From: Octopus vulgaris | Taxonomy: Eukaryota | Assembly: GCA_951406725.2 (NCBI GenBank) | Contig: OX597839.1 | Span: forward strand, 24,862,001 to 24,926,000 | DNA length: 64,000 nucleotides | Direction of reading: 5' to 3' | Shown here: in pieces, positions 39,653 through 53,289 of the stretch | Position numbering within the stretch: position 1 is the stretch's first letter | Layout of the letters: each line of letters opens with the position of its first letter | Notes under the pieces: generated by a model | What the model was told of the DNA's origin: nothing | Seen by the model: only the letters and a program-made list of their open reading frames with translations | Database searches by the model: none | Program-made: the position numbers and the translations under genes

Positions 39653-42071
39653 GATTTTTGGGGTAAAAATCAAAATCAAAATATTTCCTATTTTCAAAAT
39701 GAAGGAAGAAAATGATCAACTACAAAAGACAAAATAAAAAGGATATTTTATAAGAATTCTAAGTCCAAAACTAAACCAGAAATAATTAACCCTACTACTA
39801 AAGGCAACTTCTAAACACATTGCATAATAACACGTGTATTTGAAAAGCTGTAAACAGGGAAAGCTCTTATACAATATGAACACTTCATTCCAACATATCT
39901 GTTCTTTTTAAGACTTTTCATACATATAAGTGTATCATCATCATCATTTAACATCCATTTTTCATGCTGGTATGGGTTGGACAGTTTGACAAGAGCAAGA
40001 AGAAAGGAGTGTGCCAGGCTCCAATTGTCTGTTTTGGCATCGTTTCTGCAGCTGGATGCCTTTCCTAATGCCAACCACTTCACAGATTGTACATAGTACT
40101 GTTTATGTGGCACCAGCACCAGTGAGGTCCCCAAGTAATTTGCCTGACAAGGTCCCTCGGCTGAGAGGGAGGAGCAGTATCAAGGGGAGTGGATTTGTGC
40201 CAGGCGATGAGGGGCTATAGTATGGGTAGTGGGAGAGAAATAGGTGTCTAACGATGGAGGAGATACATGGCTACCCAAGTTGGAAAAGAAGAGAGGGAGA
40301 GAGAGTGGGAGGGGAGAGAGAGAGTGGTAGGGGGAGAGTGTGGTAGGGGGAGAGAGAGTGGTAGGGGGAGAGAGAGTGGTAGGGGAGAGAGAGTGGTAGG
40401 GGGAGAGGGTGGTAGGGGAGAGGGTGGTGGGGGAGATAGAGGGGAAGGGAGGAATGGAAAGAGTGAGAGAAGACAGCAGAGATGTGTCGAGGCACACACT
40501 CAAATCAGTAGAGGCACATGGCTTAGTGGTGAGAGTGTTGGACTCATGATCATGAGAGTGTGGCTTTGATTCATACATTGTGTTCTTGAGCAAAACACTT
40601 CATTCCACGTTGCTCCAGTCCACTCAGCTGGCAAAAGTGAGTTAATCCTGCGAGGGACTGGGGTCCTGTCCAGGTGGGGAATTTATACACTACTGAAATG
40701 GGGAAATCAGCCCTTATGAGTCAGTATGACTCGGGGAGGTAACCTTTATCTTTACCTTATAGAGTCAAGTTACAGAGAGGAGTATATATAAGTGAAGTGG
40801 TACAGAGTATTGGATAGGGTGAGTTGGCAGGAAAGTTCTTGAGGGGTCTGAAACGAGGGTGACAGACGGAGCTTGAGTAGAAAGTCTTTTATCTGAAGTT
40901 GTACATGTTAGGCGAGTGATTTGATCGGAGACCAAGTGTTGAAACTGAAGCTGCGAAATAATGTAAATGTCGTTTAAGAACATGCAAAAAGCTGTTAAAT
41001 TCACTTGAAATTTTAAATTTATTTCGTGAGGTGTCAAAATTGCCGTCATAAAACAGTAACCCGATCAGTATCAGATACAGCGAAACGGCATCGGAGTTGC
41101 TGGGAAATCATGTCAGGGAAAAGGTTGTATGTGTACGATTGTACAGTTTGACATCTTGGGCAATAAATTTTCTAATTTAAAGAGAATTCAACAGTTTTTT
41201 TTTTTGTGTGTGTGTGTGTGTTATTAAACAGCTCTTTCACAATGTCATTCTTTCATTCATTTACCAGCAGGTTTTAGACATACAATTGTACACACACACA
41301 CACACCATACCTTTACATGCTTTTTAGCTCTGTATATCTGTATGAGATGCTTTCTCGAGGTGAAAACTACAGTTGTATGGCTTTCTCCAGTGTAGCCACA
41401 TTAAACCTTTAGATATTCAGATTACTCGGTCAGTTGTAAAGCTTATTTATCCACGTTCCTCATCATCATCATCATGCTGGCATGGATTCAGTGGTTTGAC
41501 CAGGGCTGGTAAGCAGAGGGGCAGCACCAGACTCCAGTCTGATTTGTCATGGTTTCTATGGCTGGATGCCCTTCCTAATGCCAACCACCCCAAGAGTGTA
41601 ATGGGTGTTTTTATGGCATGGGGTGCCTATTTGCATGACATCAGTATCTGCCATGACTGTGATTTTACTTGGCTTGATGGGTCTTCTTCTCAGGCACAGC
41701 ACAATGCCGAAGGTCCCAGTCATTGGTCATTCCCTCTGTGAGGCCCAACACTCAAAGGGAGCTTTCCATGTGCCACCGGCATCGGTCACTTTGCTTCCGT
41801 GAGGTCCAATGCTCAAAAGGTGAACTTTATGTACCAGTTATGTGACATCAACATCATCCATGACTACAATTTCACTTGGCCTCACAGGTCTTCTCGACCA
41901 CATGGATGATCTCAAAGCTTTGAGATTTCAAAGATATGATAATTTTAAGAATGACATTATAGGGTTGGTATGAGATGCCAGATATGGTCAGTTTGAGTGT
42001 AAAACAGGTAGACTATTCGGGCTGGACATGGCTATTGTAATCCATTAGCATTTTGATTACTCTGTCAAATA

Positions 42072-42469
42072 TACTCTTTACTCTTTTACTCTTTTACTTG
42101 TTTCAGTCATTTGACTGCGGCCATGCTGGAGCACCGCCTTTAGTCAAGCAAATCGACCCCGGGATTTATTCCTTGTAAGCCCAGTACATATTCTATCGGT
42201 CTCTTTTGCCGAACCGCTAAGTGACGGGGACATAAACACACCAGCATCGGTTGTCAAGCAATGCTAGGGGGACAAACACAGACACACAAATATATATATA
42301 TATATATACGACAGGCTTCTTTCAGTTTCCGTCTACGAAATCCACTCACAAGGCATTGGTCGGCCCGAGGCTATAGCAGAAGACACTTGCCCAAGATGCC
42401 ATGCAGTGGGACTGAAACCGGAACCATGTGGCTGGTTAGCATGCTACTTACCACACAGCCACTCCTGCG
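42072..42469 (-). mobile_element. SINE family A nested in a piggyBac-type MITE (~42040-42665)
   Basis: MITE sequence TTACTCTGTCAAAT resumes as ATAATGCTTATTTAT after the SINE and ends AAGGG-TTAA. Confidence 0.85.
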
Positions 42470-42912
42470 ACTATAATGCTTATTTATCTACATTACTTTG
42501 AATTAATCATGGATTATCTTGTAGCTTCAAATTTTCAATGATGTGATTGTCCATTTTTAGAATGACATTGTAGGGTAGGTGTGAGAGGCAGGATCTGATC
42601 AGTCTGAACATAAAACAGCAGAAGATTTGGGCCGGATGTGGTCAGTTTAAATGCTGAAGGGTTAAGTAAGATATACAGAAAGCTATTTCCAACTAATAAT
42701 GTTTCCTTCGCCAATAACAGATATTTATGCATCCAATATATATGTGTACAGCAGGCTTCTTTCAGTTTCCATCGACAAAATCCACTCACAAGGCTTTGGA
42801 TAGCCTGAAATTATAGTAGAAGACACCTGCCCAAGGTGTCATGCAGTGGGACTGAACCATGAACCATGTAGTTGGGAAACAAACTTCTTATGTACCACCC
42901 AGCCATGCCTGT

Positions 42913-42945
<33 letters not shown>

Positions 42946-43231
42946 AAAAGAGATGACAAAGGAATAAAAAATTACCTTATGAACTGCATTAGCTTCTGGC
43001 TGTTTCTGCTACAAGATGCAATGCACTCATAGTTGAGTGCCCAAATAACACCTTATGGCTTCATCAGAGACTTGAACATAAAGTGCAGTTTATTTGGGAA
43101 AGGTTATTAGTATCGCAATGGCAAAGCAAAATAGTAAAATACACACACATATATGTTCAGTAGGCTTCTTTCAGTTTTCTTCTGTCTACCAAATCCATTC
43201 ACATAGCTTTGGTTGGCTTGGAGCTATATTA

Positions 43232-43463
43232 TATTTCTTTACTACCCACAAGGGGCTAAACACAGAGGAGACAAACAAGGACAGACAAAGAGATTAAGTC
43301 GATTACATCGACCCCAGTGCGTAACTGGTACTTAATTTATCGACCCCGGAAGGATGAAAGGCAAAGTCGACCTCGGCGGAATTTGAACTCGGAACGTAAC
43401 GGCAGACGAAATACGGCAACGCATTTCGCCCGGTGTGCTAACGTTTCTGCCAGCTCGCCGCCT
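43232..43463 (-). mobile_element. SINE family C with a 14-bp TSD, inside an old SINE A head
   Basis: TTGGAGCTATATTA at 43218-43231 and 43464-43477. Confidence 0.88.
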
Positions 43464-44069
43464 TTGGAGCTATATTAGAAGTCACTTGCCCAAGGTGGCA
43501 TGTAGTGGGACTGAACCTGGAACCATGTGGTTGGCAAGCAAACTCCTTAACCACATAACCAATAAACGTGTTACATATCGATTCCTTACCTCGAACGCTT
43601 GTTTATGCTTCTGTTCCTCAATACATTTAGCATGAAATAACAATTATTTGTTCTTACTTACTCAAAGACTTCTACAATTTATGGCTTCACCTGTCTTTGG
43701 AAAATTCTTAGAAAACATCAAATCAATCATAATGCTAATACGATATTCTCATCTTACCTGAGGGTCACCTTTACCTATCGACAACGAAGAACGACACATT
43801 TGCAACTTCTTTGATTTTATCAATAGATTAACAACATAAAGCAACCGTGTACCTTGATCGTATCCACTGCTAGAAGAGGGAATCAGATAGCGGTGGCTAT
43901 CTTTAAGGATCTCGAGTTTCTGCCCCTTGTAGCCATTTTTCAAGAAGTTAATTGATTTACACACCAATTCCTGATGTGTGAGGAATCGCGAGGTTTTGAA
44001 GTGGCATCCCTCGAACTTGGCATTGTTCGTAGACTGAATTCACGGCTAATCTATGTTGATGGATGCCTG

Positions 44070-45005
44070 GGTGTACATGGGTGTGTGTGTACGTGTATGC
44101 AAGCGTGTATGTGTGTGTGTACTTGTATGCAAGCGTGTGTGTGTGTGTGTACGTGTATGCATGCGTGTACATGTGTGTATGTACGTGTACGTGTATGCAA
44201 GCATGTGTGTGTATGTGTATGCATGCGTGTACATGTGTGTGTGTACGTGTACGCAAGCGTGTATGTGTGTGTGTACGTGTATGCATGCGTGTACATGTGT
44301 GTGTGTACGTGTATGCAAGCATGTATGTGTGTGTACTTGTATGCAAGCGTGTGTGTGTGTATGCATGCATGTATGTGTGTGTATGCATGCGTGTACATGT
44401 GTGTGTGTACTTGTATGCAAGCGTGTATGTGTGTGAGTACGTGTATGCATGTATGTGTGTGTACGTGTATGCATGCGTGTACATGTGTGTGTGTACTTGT
44501 ATGCAAGCGTGTATGTGTGTGTGTACATGTATGCATGCGTGTACATGTGTGTGTGTACTTGTATGCAAGCGTGTATGTGTGTGAGTACGTGTATGCATGC
44601 GTGTATGTGTGTGTACGTGTATGCATGCGTGTATGTGCGTGTGTATGCATGCGTGTATGTGTGTGTGTACGTGTATGCATGTGTGTACACGTGCACGTGT
44701 ACATGTATGCAAGCGTGTATGTGTGTGTGTATGTGTATGCATGCGTGTACATGTGTGTGTGTACGTGTATGCCAGCGTGTATGTGTGTGAGTACGTGTAT
44801 GCATATGTGTATGTGTACGTGTATGCATGTGTGTACATGTGTGTGTGTACGTGTATGCAAGCGTGTATGTGTGTGTGTACGTGTATGCAAGCATGTATGT
44901 GTGTGTACGTGTATGCATGTGTGTACATGTGTGTGTGTACGTGTATGCAAGCGTGTATGTGTGTGTGCGTGTATGCAAGTGTGTATGTGTGTGTTCGTGT
45001 ATGTG
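44070..45005. repeat. Alternating purine-pyrimidine minisatellite
   Basis: Modules GTACGTGTATGCA(T/A)GCGTGTA(C)ATGTGTGT repeated many times. Confidence 0.9.
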
Positions 45006-45539
45006 CATTTATAGGTATATACTAGGTGTGTACATGTGTTTGGTGTGTATATTTGTGTATGTGTGTATGTGCATGTGTATGTATGTGTGTGTGTACGTAG
45101 GTATATTTCTGTGTGTATGTATATTCATGTGTGCATATTAGTTTGTGTGTGTGTGTGTGTGTGTGCATGTGAGTTTCTGTGTATGTGTGTTTGTGGGTGT
45201 GGCTACATGTGTGTGTACATATGAATGTGTTTCTGAGAATCTGCTCATGTTGCATTGTCAGTTTCTCCCTCCCTCATTCTTTCCCCTCTCTCTCTTACTC
45301 TCTCTCTCTCATTCTCTTCCTTTCTCTCTCTTACTCTCTCTCTCTCATTCTCTTCCTTTCTCTCTCTCTCTCTCATTCTCCCCCTTTCTCTCCCTGTCCC
45401 TTTCAGTTGTTTGTCAAGTCAGGGGCATCTACATCTGACCTATCTATATAAACGGCATTAGTGGCCACATGATACATGCAACCCTTTTAAGCTCCTCATA
45501 TAAGCTCCTCAATCCCACACTAACACATGTAGTGCATGG

Positions 45540-46440
45540 TCACACACATATTTACATGCATATATAGTTACACACATGCATACATATACATACACGCATA
45601 CATACACACACATACATATATGCACACAAACATACATACACACACACAAACACACATACATATATACACATACATACATACATATATACATACACACACA
45701 TACATATATGCACACAAACATACACACACACATATACATATATACACATACATACACATACATGCATACATACATATACACACATACATATATGCACACA
45801 AACATACATACACACACACAAACACACATACACATACATACATATATACATACACACACATACATATATACACACAAACATACACACACACACATATACA
45901 TATATACACATACATACACATACATGCATACATACATATACACACATACATATATGCACACAAACATACATACACACACACAAACACACATACACATACA
46001 TACATACATACATACACACACATACATATATACACACAAACATACACACACACATATACATATATACACATACATACATACACATACATGCATACATACA
46101 TATACACACATACATATATGCACACAAACATACATACACACACACAAACACACATACACATACATACATATATACATACACACACATACATATATACACA
46201 CAAACATACACACACACATATACATATATACACATACATACATACACATACATGCATACATACATACACACACATACATATATGCACACAAACATACATA
46301 CACATACACAAACACACATACATACATACACATACGTACATATATACATACACACACATACATATATGCACACAAACATACATACACACACACAGACACA
46401 CATACATATATACACATACATACATACACACACACACATA
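45540..46440. repeat. CA/TA-derived minisatellite with higher-order repeat
   Basis: Recurring CATACATATATGCACACAAACATACA blocks. Confidence 0.9.
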
Positions 46441-46890
46441 CATTTACACTTGTCTGCATTGCTTATTAGGATCAGGGTCCTTCATGCTTTTCCCTGTTTA
46501 CTGGTCCCCATCTTGATGGGGATGCTTACTTATCATTGTCGTCATTATCATCACCACCATCATCATCTTCATAACCACCACCAGTGTCATCATCACCATC
46601 AATTCACCACCACCACCACCACCACCACTACCATCATCATTACCATCATCATCATCATCATCATCTTCTTCATCATCACCCCCCATCATCATCATCATCA
46701 TCTTCACCATCACCACCACCACCATCACCACTACCATCATCATTGTCATCATTACCATCATCTTCATCATCATCATCTTCTTCTTCATCATCTTCACCAT
46801 CATCATTACCATCACCACCACCACCACTACCATCATCATTGTCATCATTACCATCATCATCATCATCATCTTCTTCTTCATCATCACCCC

Positions 46891-46921
<31 letters not shown>

Positions 46922-47280
46922 TTCACCATCATCACCACCACCACCACCACCACCACTACCATCATCATCGTCACCATTTCCATCTTCATCCTTTAGCATT
47001 TGTTTCCCAAAGCTGGAGAGCTGCACCAGGTTCCAGTCTACCGCTTTGGCATGGCTTCTATGGCCGGATGCCATTCCTAATGTCAGTGTACACAATATTA
47101 GTCGCTGAAAACCCCATGTAGCATTTTTACCTAAAGTCTCTCACATGTTGCTTTTCTTGTTCATGTTGTTGTCGTTGTTTCCCCTCAACCAGACATCTAC
47201 ACTAAAACATCCCAGCATTGGCCAACCCATCTCCCAGGAATATATACAGGACTACATTATATGAAATAGCTTTCCTTACA

Positions 47281-48028
47281 TGAGGAAGGGCTGAAAAGGT
47301 CCTGGCCTTGGGTAAAAGAAAATAGAGGAGGATCAGTTAATAATAATAATAAAACATTGTGTACAGTGCTCAGGTGCAGTACAACTCATCTAAAGTGTAT
47401 ATATAATCAGGTGTAGTTTCGGCGGATTTCGGAAAGCATGAGGGCCTTAAAGGATGCAGTGTCATGGCAGTCAACAACTGATACAGGCAGTTTATTCCAT
47501 GCTTCAGCAACTCTGAGCGTGTAAAATGTTTCCGAAAGTATTGAAATATGCAGACGACATCAAGCTGTACCTTGAAATCAAGAGGACAGATCCTGTTGTC
47601 TACAGCTCTTTCCTGCAATCAGACCTGGACACAATGCAGCAATGGATCACAGACTGGCAACTGAAACTGGCTGTGGACAAGTGTACCACCATGCATTTTG
47701 GGAGAAAAAACCCTGCGTCCACATACTCCCTCCACAACACTGATATCAAGAAATCCTCTTGCAAGCGTGACCTAGGCATCACTGTCAGCAGTGATTTGCG
47801 TTGGACAAAGCATATCTCTAAAATTGTCAAGAAGGCCGAGGGTGTCTTGGCATCACTCAGCAAGACTTTTGTTAGCTGCTCTCAAACATATTCCCCTCTC
47901 AGATTCACACACTTATTGCTGTGGTCCTTCAGTTTTTCTAAGCCCTGTAAAAATACTCAGAAGTTTAGGCCTCTGGCCTAGTCTTCCATGATACCCATAA
48001 AGTCAGGAAACTTTTCAGCAGCCCCTTA
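47281..48028. mobile_element. Mariner-type MITE split by a LINE insertion
   Basis: Left part 47281-47343 and right part ~47883-48028 together align with intact copy 48849-49069. Confidence 0.75.
47341..47880. mobile_element. CR1-clade LINE fragment with 5' inversion
   Basis: 47341-47539 is the 3' end on minus; 47540-47880 is an RT segment on plus (KYADDIKLY...LQSDLD...WQLKLAVDKC...RDLGITVSSDLRW). Confidence 0.85.
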
Positions 48029-48425
48029 TATATATATAATCAATAATAACAAAGGGTAAAATTAATTAATTAAGAATTAATCAATAATTTCACCAAGCAG
48101 AATTCGGCATGAAAAAAGGACCATTTCAAAGTAAACTTAAGTAATACTTAATAAATAGGGTTCAGCAAAGATTTGCTTCACCACATACCGAAATTTAGAA
48201 ATAGCAGTTAAAACAAGCTATTTCACTAGTTAGTTTTCACTAATTCACTATTTCACTAATTAGACTTTTGCTGAACCCTAATTACAATTATACTCATAAT
48301 TATAGATTTTTGTATAAGTTTACTGATAATGGTTCTTTTACATACCAAACTACTTGGTAAAATTATTAATTATTAATTAATTAATTCATTTTCCCTTTAT
48401 TATTAATGATAATATATATATTATC

Positions 48426-48826
48426 AGGAGTGGCTGTGTGGTAAGTAGCTTGCTTACCAACCACACGGTTCCGGGTTCAGTCCCACTGCATGGCATCTTG
48501 GGCAAGTGTCTTCTGCTATAGCCCCGGGCCGACCAATGCCTTGTGAGTGGATTTGGTAGACGGAAACTGAAAGAAGCCTGTCGTATATATGTATATATAT
48601 GTATATGTGTGTATATGTTTGTGTGTCTGTGTTTGTTCCCCTAGCATTGCTTGACAACTGATGCTGGTGTGTTTACATCCCCGTCACTTAGCGGTTCGGC
48701 AAAAGAGACCGATAGAATAAGTACTGGACTTACAAAAGAATAAGTCCCGGGGTCGATTTGCTCGACTAAAGGCGGTGCTCCAGCATGGCTGCAGTTAAAT
48801 GACTGAAACAAGTAAAAGAGTAAAAG
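48426..48826 (+). mobile_element. SINE family A
   Basis: Near full length. Confidence 0.9.
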
Positions 48827-48848
48827 GGTATATATGTTTGTATGTATA

Positions 48849-49069
48849 TGAGGGTGTGCTGAAAAGGTCCTGGCTCTGGACAAAAGGAAAGACAGGATAA
48901 GGATCAATTAATTATAATTTTATTCAACATGTTCCCCTCTCAGATTCACACACTTATTTCAGGGGTCCTTCAGTTTTTCTAAGCGCTGTAAAAAAATCCC
49001 GGATGGTTGACTCTCAAACTAGGCCTTTCTTGACACTCTTAAAGCCAAGAACATTTCAGCACACCCTCG
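48849..49069. mobile_element. Mariner-type MITE
   Basis: TA-TGAGGGTGTGCTGAAAAGGTCCTGGC...GCCAAGAACATTTCAGCACACCCTCG-TA. Confidence 0.85.
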
Positions 49070-50487
49070 TATAAGACATTCAGTCATGAGCAGCTCAAAG
49101 GAGATTTAGCTGCTCTTTCTAATTATCAGGTCAGCGTACCACTAATAGAGACTCGCCACATGAAAACATAACACAATTAACCACATGTAGCGTTGTTATC
49201 TTGTGATATTAACATGGAAATGCCACTTCCAAACAGACTGCTCTCCCTCCTTCTCTCTCCCTCTCCCCTCTCTCTCCTTCCTCTCCAATAGATACACATA
49301 CAATATATCTGCTATTTTCAATGTAATAGCATTAGCCTAATATTATTGGGACATGATAGGAGAGGCATGAATCAAATATATTGGTTTTGTGTCGGAAGTT
49401 GGGCAATAAATAATAATGATAATAATAGCAACAACAACAACAACAACAACAACGATGATGGTGGTGTTGACAGTGATGATAATGATAATGGTGATATTAA
49501 TAATAATATTAGATAATTAATTAATAAGATGTATTGATGGAATATTAATTCAGAGACAGAGCAGAGATAATGACTTCTAACTGCAAGATGTGTTAAGCTA
49601 TTATGAGTGAGTGCGTGTGTGTATGTGTATGTGTGTGTGTGTGTGTACGTGTATGGGTGTGTATGTGTGTTTGCGTGTGTGTGTGTGTGTATGTATGTAA
49701 TTATGTATATATGTGTATATATATATGTATGTATGTATGTGTGTGTGTGTATGTACATGTATGTGTGTGTATGTATTGTGTGTACATGTGTATGGGTGTT
49801 TGTGTGTATGTGTGTTTTTGTGTGTATGTATGTAATTATGTATATATGTGTGTATATATATATATATATGTATGTATGTGTGTGTATCTGAGTGTGTGTA
49901 TGTACATGTATGTGTGTGTATGTATTGTGTGTATATATATATATATATGTATGTATGTAATTATGTGTATATAGGTATGTGTGTATGTATGTATCTTACA
50001 TTTCTACTAGTGTATATATACATGCACATACATGTTCCCATACATAGGCATACACAGGCAGAAACACACACACACACATACATATATACACACATATATA
50101 CATGCATACATAATATTTATGTATATAAAAGAAGACCAGGCTTCAGTCTCAAATGACCAGTGGATTGCACCTAGAAATGACCATAGGTTTGCACCCAATA
50201 AAATCAGGAATTGCTACTGAGATGCTGAAAATATCTGGTAGAATGGGATGTGGTCTACTCGGCCATAGAGTTTTATGTTAACTTTCTTGAGTCATAGGCG
50301 CAGGAGTGGCTGTGTGGTAAGTAGCTTGCTAACCAACCACATGGTCCTGGGTTCAGTACCAGTTCCAGTTCATGGCACTTTGGGCAAGTGACTTCTACTA
50401 CGGCCTTGGGCTGACCAGAGCTTTGTGAGTGGATTTGGTTGACAGAAACTGAAAGAAGCCCATCCTATATATATATATATGAATATA

Positions 50488-50897
50488 GGAGTGGCTGTGT
50501 GGTAAGTAGCTTGCTAACCAACCACATGGTTCCGGGTTCAGTCCCACTGCGTGGAATCTTGGGCAAGTGTCTTCTACTATAGCCCAGGGCCGACCAATGA
50601 CTTGTGAGTGGATTTGGTAGACGGAAACTGAAAGAAGCCTGTCGTATATATGTATATATATATATATAAGTGTGTGTGTATATGTTTGTGTGTCTGTGTT
50701 TGTCCCCCTAGCATTGCTTGACAACCGATGCTGGTGTGTTTACGTCCCCGTCACTTAGCGGTTCAGCAAAAGAGACCGATAGAATAAGTACTGGGCTTAC
50801 AAAGAATAAGTCCCGGGGTTGATTTGCTCGACTAAAGGCGGTGCTCCAGCATGGCCGCAGTCAAATGACTGAAACAAGTAAAAGTGAAAGAGAAAGA
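50488..50897 (+). mobile_element. SINE family A (preceded by a second head at 50297-50465)
   Basis: Near full length. Confidence 0.9.
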
Positions 50898-51379
50898 GTG
50901 TATACCTAAAGGCCAGTTTCCTGGTGTCCACGATGCATATCCCTACCAGGACAAAATGCAGGTCCATCACAATGTTACTCATTTTTGCCAGCTATGTGAA
51001 ATGAAGTGTTTTGCTTAAGAACACAATGTTTATCGCTGTTAGAAACAGCTTCATGATACCTACTGAAAAATATGATGCCTGCAAACATTTAAAAAACAAG
51101 GCGCAGGAGTGGCTATGTGGTAAGTAGCTTGCATACCAACCACATGGTCCTGGGTTCAGTCCCAGTTCCAGTTCATGGCACCTTGGGCAAGTGTCTTCTA
51201 CTGCGGCCTTGGGCTGACCAGAGCTTTGTGAGTGGATTTGGTTGACAGAAACTGAAAGAAGCCCATCATATATTTTAAATTTTTTAAATTAATTGTCCAG
51301 GGATTGAAACCACAGTCTTATGATCATGAGTCCAACACCCTCGCCCCTAAGTCATGCACCTCCACCTTCATATAACGAA

Positions 51380-51625
51380 TTAGGTTCCTTCACTTTCGCT
51401 ACCACACAATCTACAAAGGGTCAATTCACTACTCTTGTCTATTTGGAACTTGGTGTAATTAGTTCTCAGAGCTCGTCCCTGGGCCCTCAATGCCTCAATG
51501 CATCCTTCCGCATCCCTTTTTCTAAGCCACCTCCACCTGTTTCCTTTCTCTTTCCTTTCAATTTCTCTGAAGTAAAATCCGGGCATTGTTTTCGTTTTCC
51601 CAGTTGCTTAGTCTTTACCCTCTGT
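51380..51625 (-). mobile_element. R4/Dong-like (RLE) non-LTR retrotransposon fragment
   Basis: WRWLRK...EALRAQGRALRTNYTKFQIDKSSELTLCRLCG resembles the WL..G.L...E....AAQ..AL.T......CRLC region before the CCHC finger. Confidence 0.7.
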
Positions 51626-51920
51626 CTTTATTCTTTTATTTGTTTCAGTCATTTGACTGTGGCCATGCTAGAGCACCGCCTTTAGTAAAACAAATCGACG
51701 CTAGGATTGTACTTATTTTATCAGACTCTTTCGCAGTACTGCTAAATTACAGGGACATAAACACACCAACATCGGTTGTGAAGTGATGGTATGGGGGAGG
51801 GCCGAACACAGACACACAAACATACACACACACACACACACATATATATATAAAGAATAAAGAGAAAATTGAGAGGTAATTAATAAAATAATTTATTAAT
51901 TATAAAATATGACAACATCT

Positions 51921-51997
51921 CTGACAGCTGTTTCGATTCAGAAATCTTTAGACAATTAATTTATAAAATTTAAATTATAAGATGAATCTCTTGAGAG
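51921..51997 (-). ncRNA. Degenerate minimal hammerhead motif
   Basis: CT-CTCAAGA-GATTCA...TGAATC-GAAACAGCTGT-C-AG; helices II and III good, core G5 mutated. Confidence 0.45.
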
Positions 51998-52231
51998 GTA
52001 GTAAAGATATACCAATTAGAAATACATGTTGAGATAATGGCTATAAAATCGTTGAATATATATATATATATATATATACCAATTAAGGACTGAACACGAA
52101 AAGTGGACAGTCAACATGCTAGATATAGACGTCAAATCGTCATTCACCACAAAAGATTATGTTCTCAGATCAAACTCAACACAAAACCATAGCAATAAAC
52201 AAGTGAAAAATATACGAAATGAAATAATTAC

Positions 52232-52297
52232 CCATGTACTAACTTAGTTTCAGCTGTTATTTTCATGCAAGGAAAACTGCAGCCATCATCAGCATGG
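52232..52297 (-). ncRNA. Type I hammerhead ribozyme motif, mirror copy
   Basis: Reverse-complement copy of 52540-52604 with a small change in the helix II insert. Confidence 0.7.
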
Positions 52298-52539
52298 TCT
52301 GTTATAAATGTAATTTGCTGGACTAGATGCAAACACGATACCGAAATATCGCGTGCATGGAGTTCAGCCTATTACATTTGAATATATCTTTCAAATGCCT
52401 TTACTTTGGCGCGTCAAAGTAAACGCGCCAAAGTAAAGGCATTTGAAAGATATATTCAAATGTAATAGGCTGAACTCCATGCACGCGATATTTCGGTATC
52501 GTGTTTGCATCTAGTCCAGCAAATTACATTTATAACAGA

Positions 52540-52604
52540 CCATGCTGATGATGGCTGCAGTTTTCCTTGCGGAAAATAACAGCTGAAACTAAGTTAGTAC
52601 ATGG
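52540..52604 (+). ncRNA. Type I hammerhead ribozyme motif
   Basis: CCATG-CTGATGA-T-GGCTG..TTTTCC.ttgc.GGAAAA..CAGCT-GAA-ACTAA.g.TTAGT-A-CATGG. Confidence 0.8.
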
Positions 52605-52842
52605 GTAATTATTTCATTTCGTATATTTTTCACTTGTTTATTGCTATGGTTTTGTGTTGAGTTTGATCTGAGAACATAATCTTTTGTGGTGAATGACGAT
52701 TTGACGTCTATATCTAGCATGTTGACTGTCCACTTTTCGTGTTCAGTCCTTAATTGGTATATATAAATATTTTAATCTTCGGATTCTTTTTTAATATGCT
52801 AGACCACTGGTCTTAATTGATAAATATCAATTTCTACCCTTA

Positions 52843-52893
<51 letters not shown>

Positions 52894-53055
52894 TAGGAAG
52901 GGCATCCAGCTGTAGAAACACTGCCAAATCAGACTGGAGCCTGGTGCAGCCTCCTGGCTTCCCAGACCCCGGTCGAACCGTCCAACCAGTGCTAGCACGG
53001 AAAACGAATGTTAAACGATGATGATGATGATGATATATATATATACATATATATG

Positions 53056-53097
<42 letters not shown>

Positions 53098-53289
53098 CAT
53101 ATTCATATATATATATATGATGGGCTTCTTTCAGTTTCTGTCAACCAAATCCACTCACAAAGTTCTGGTTAGCCCAAGGCCGTAGTAGAAGACACTTGCC
53201 CAAGGTGCCATGCAGTGGAACTGGGACTGAACCCAGCACCATGTGGTTGGTATGCAAGCTACTTACCACACAGCCACTCCTGCGCCTTG

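Larger units (their letters stand above)
52071..52765. repeat. ~695-bp inverted repeat (arms ~344 bp, 8-nt spacer), PLE-like inverted pLTR
   Basis: 52071-52414 is the reverse complement of 52423-52765 except TTTTCATGCAA vs TTTTCCGCAA; right arm continues to ~52850; flanked by (TA)n. Confidence 0.92.
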
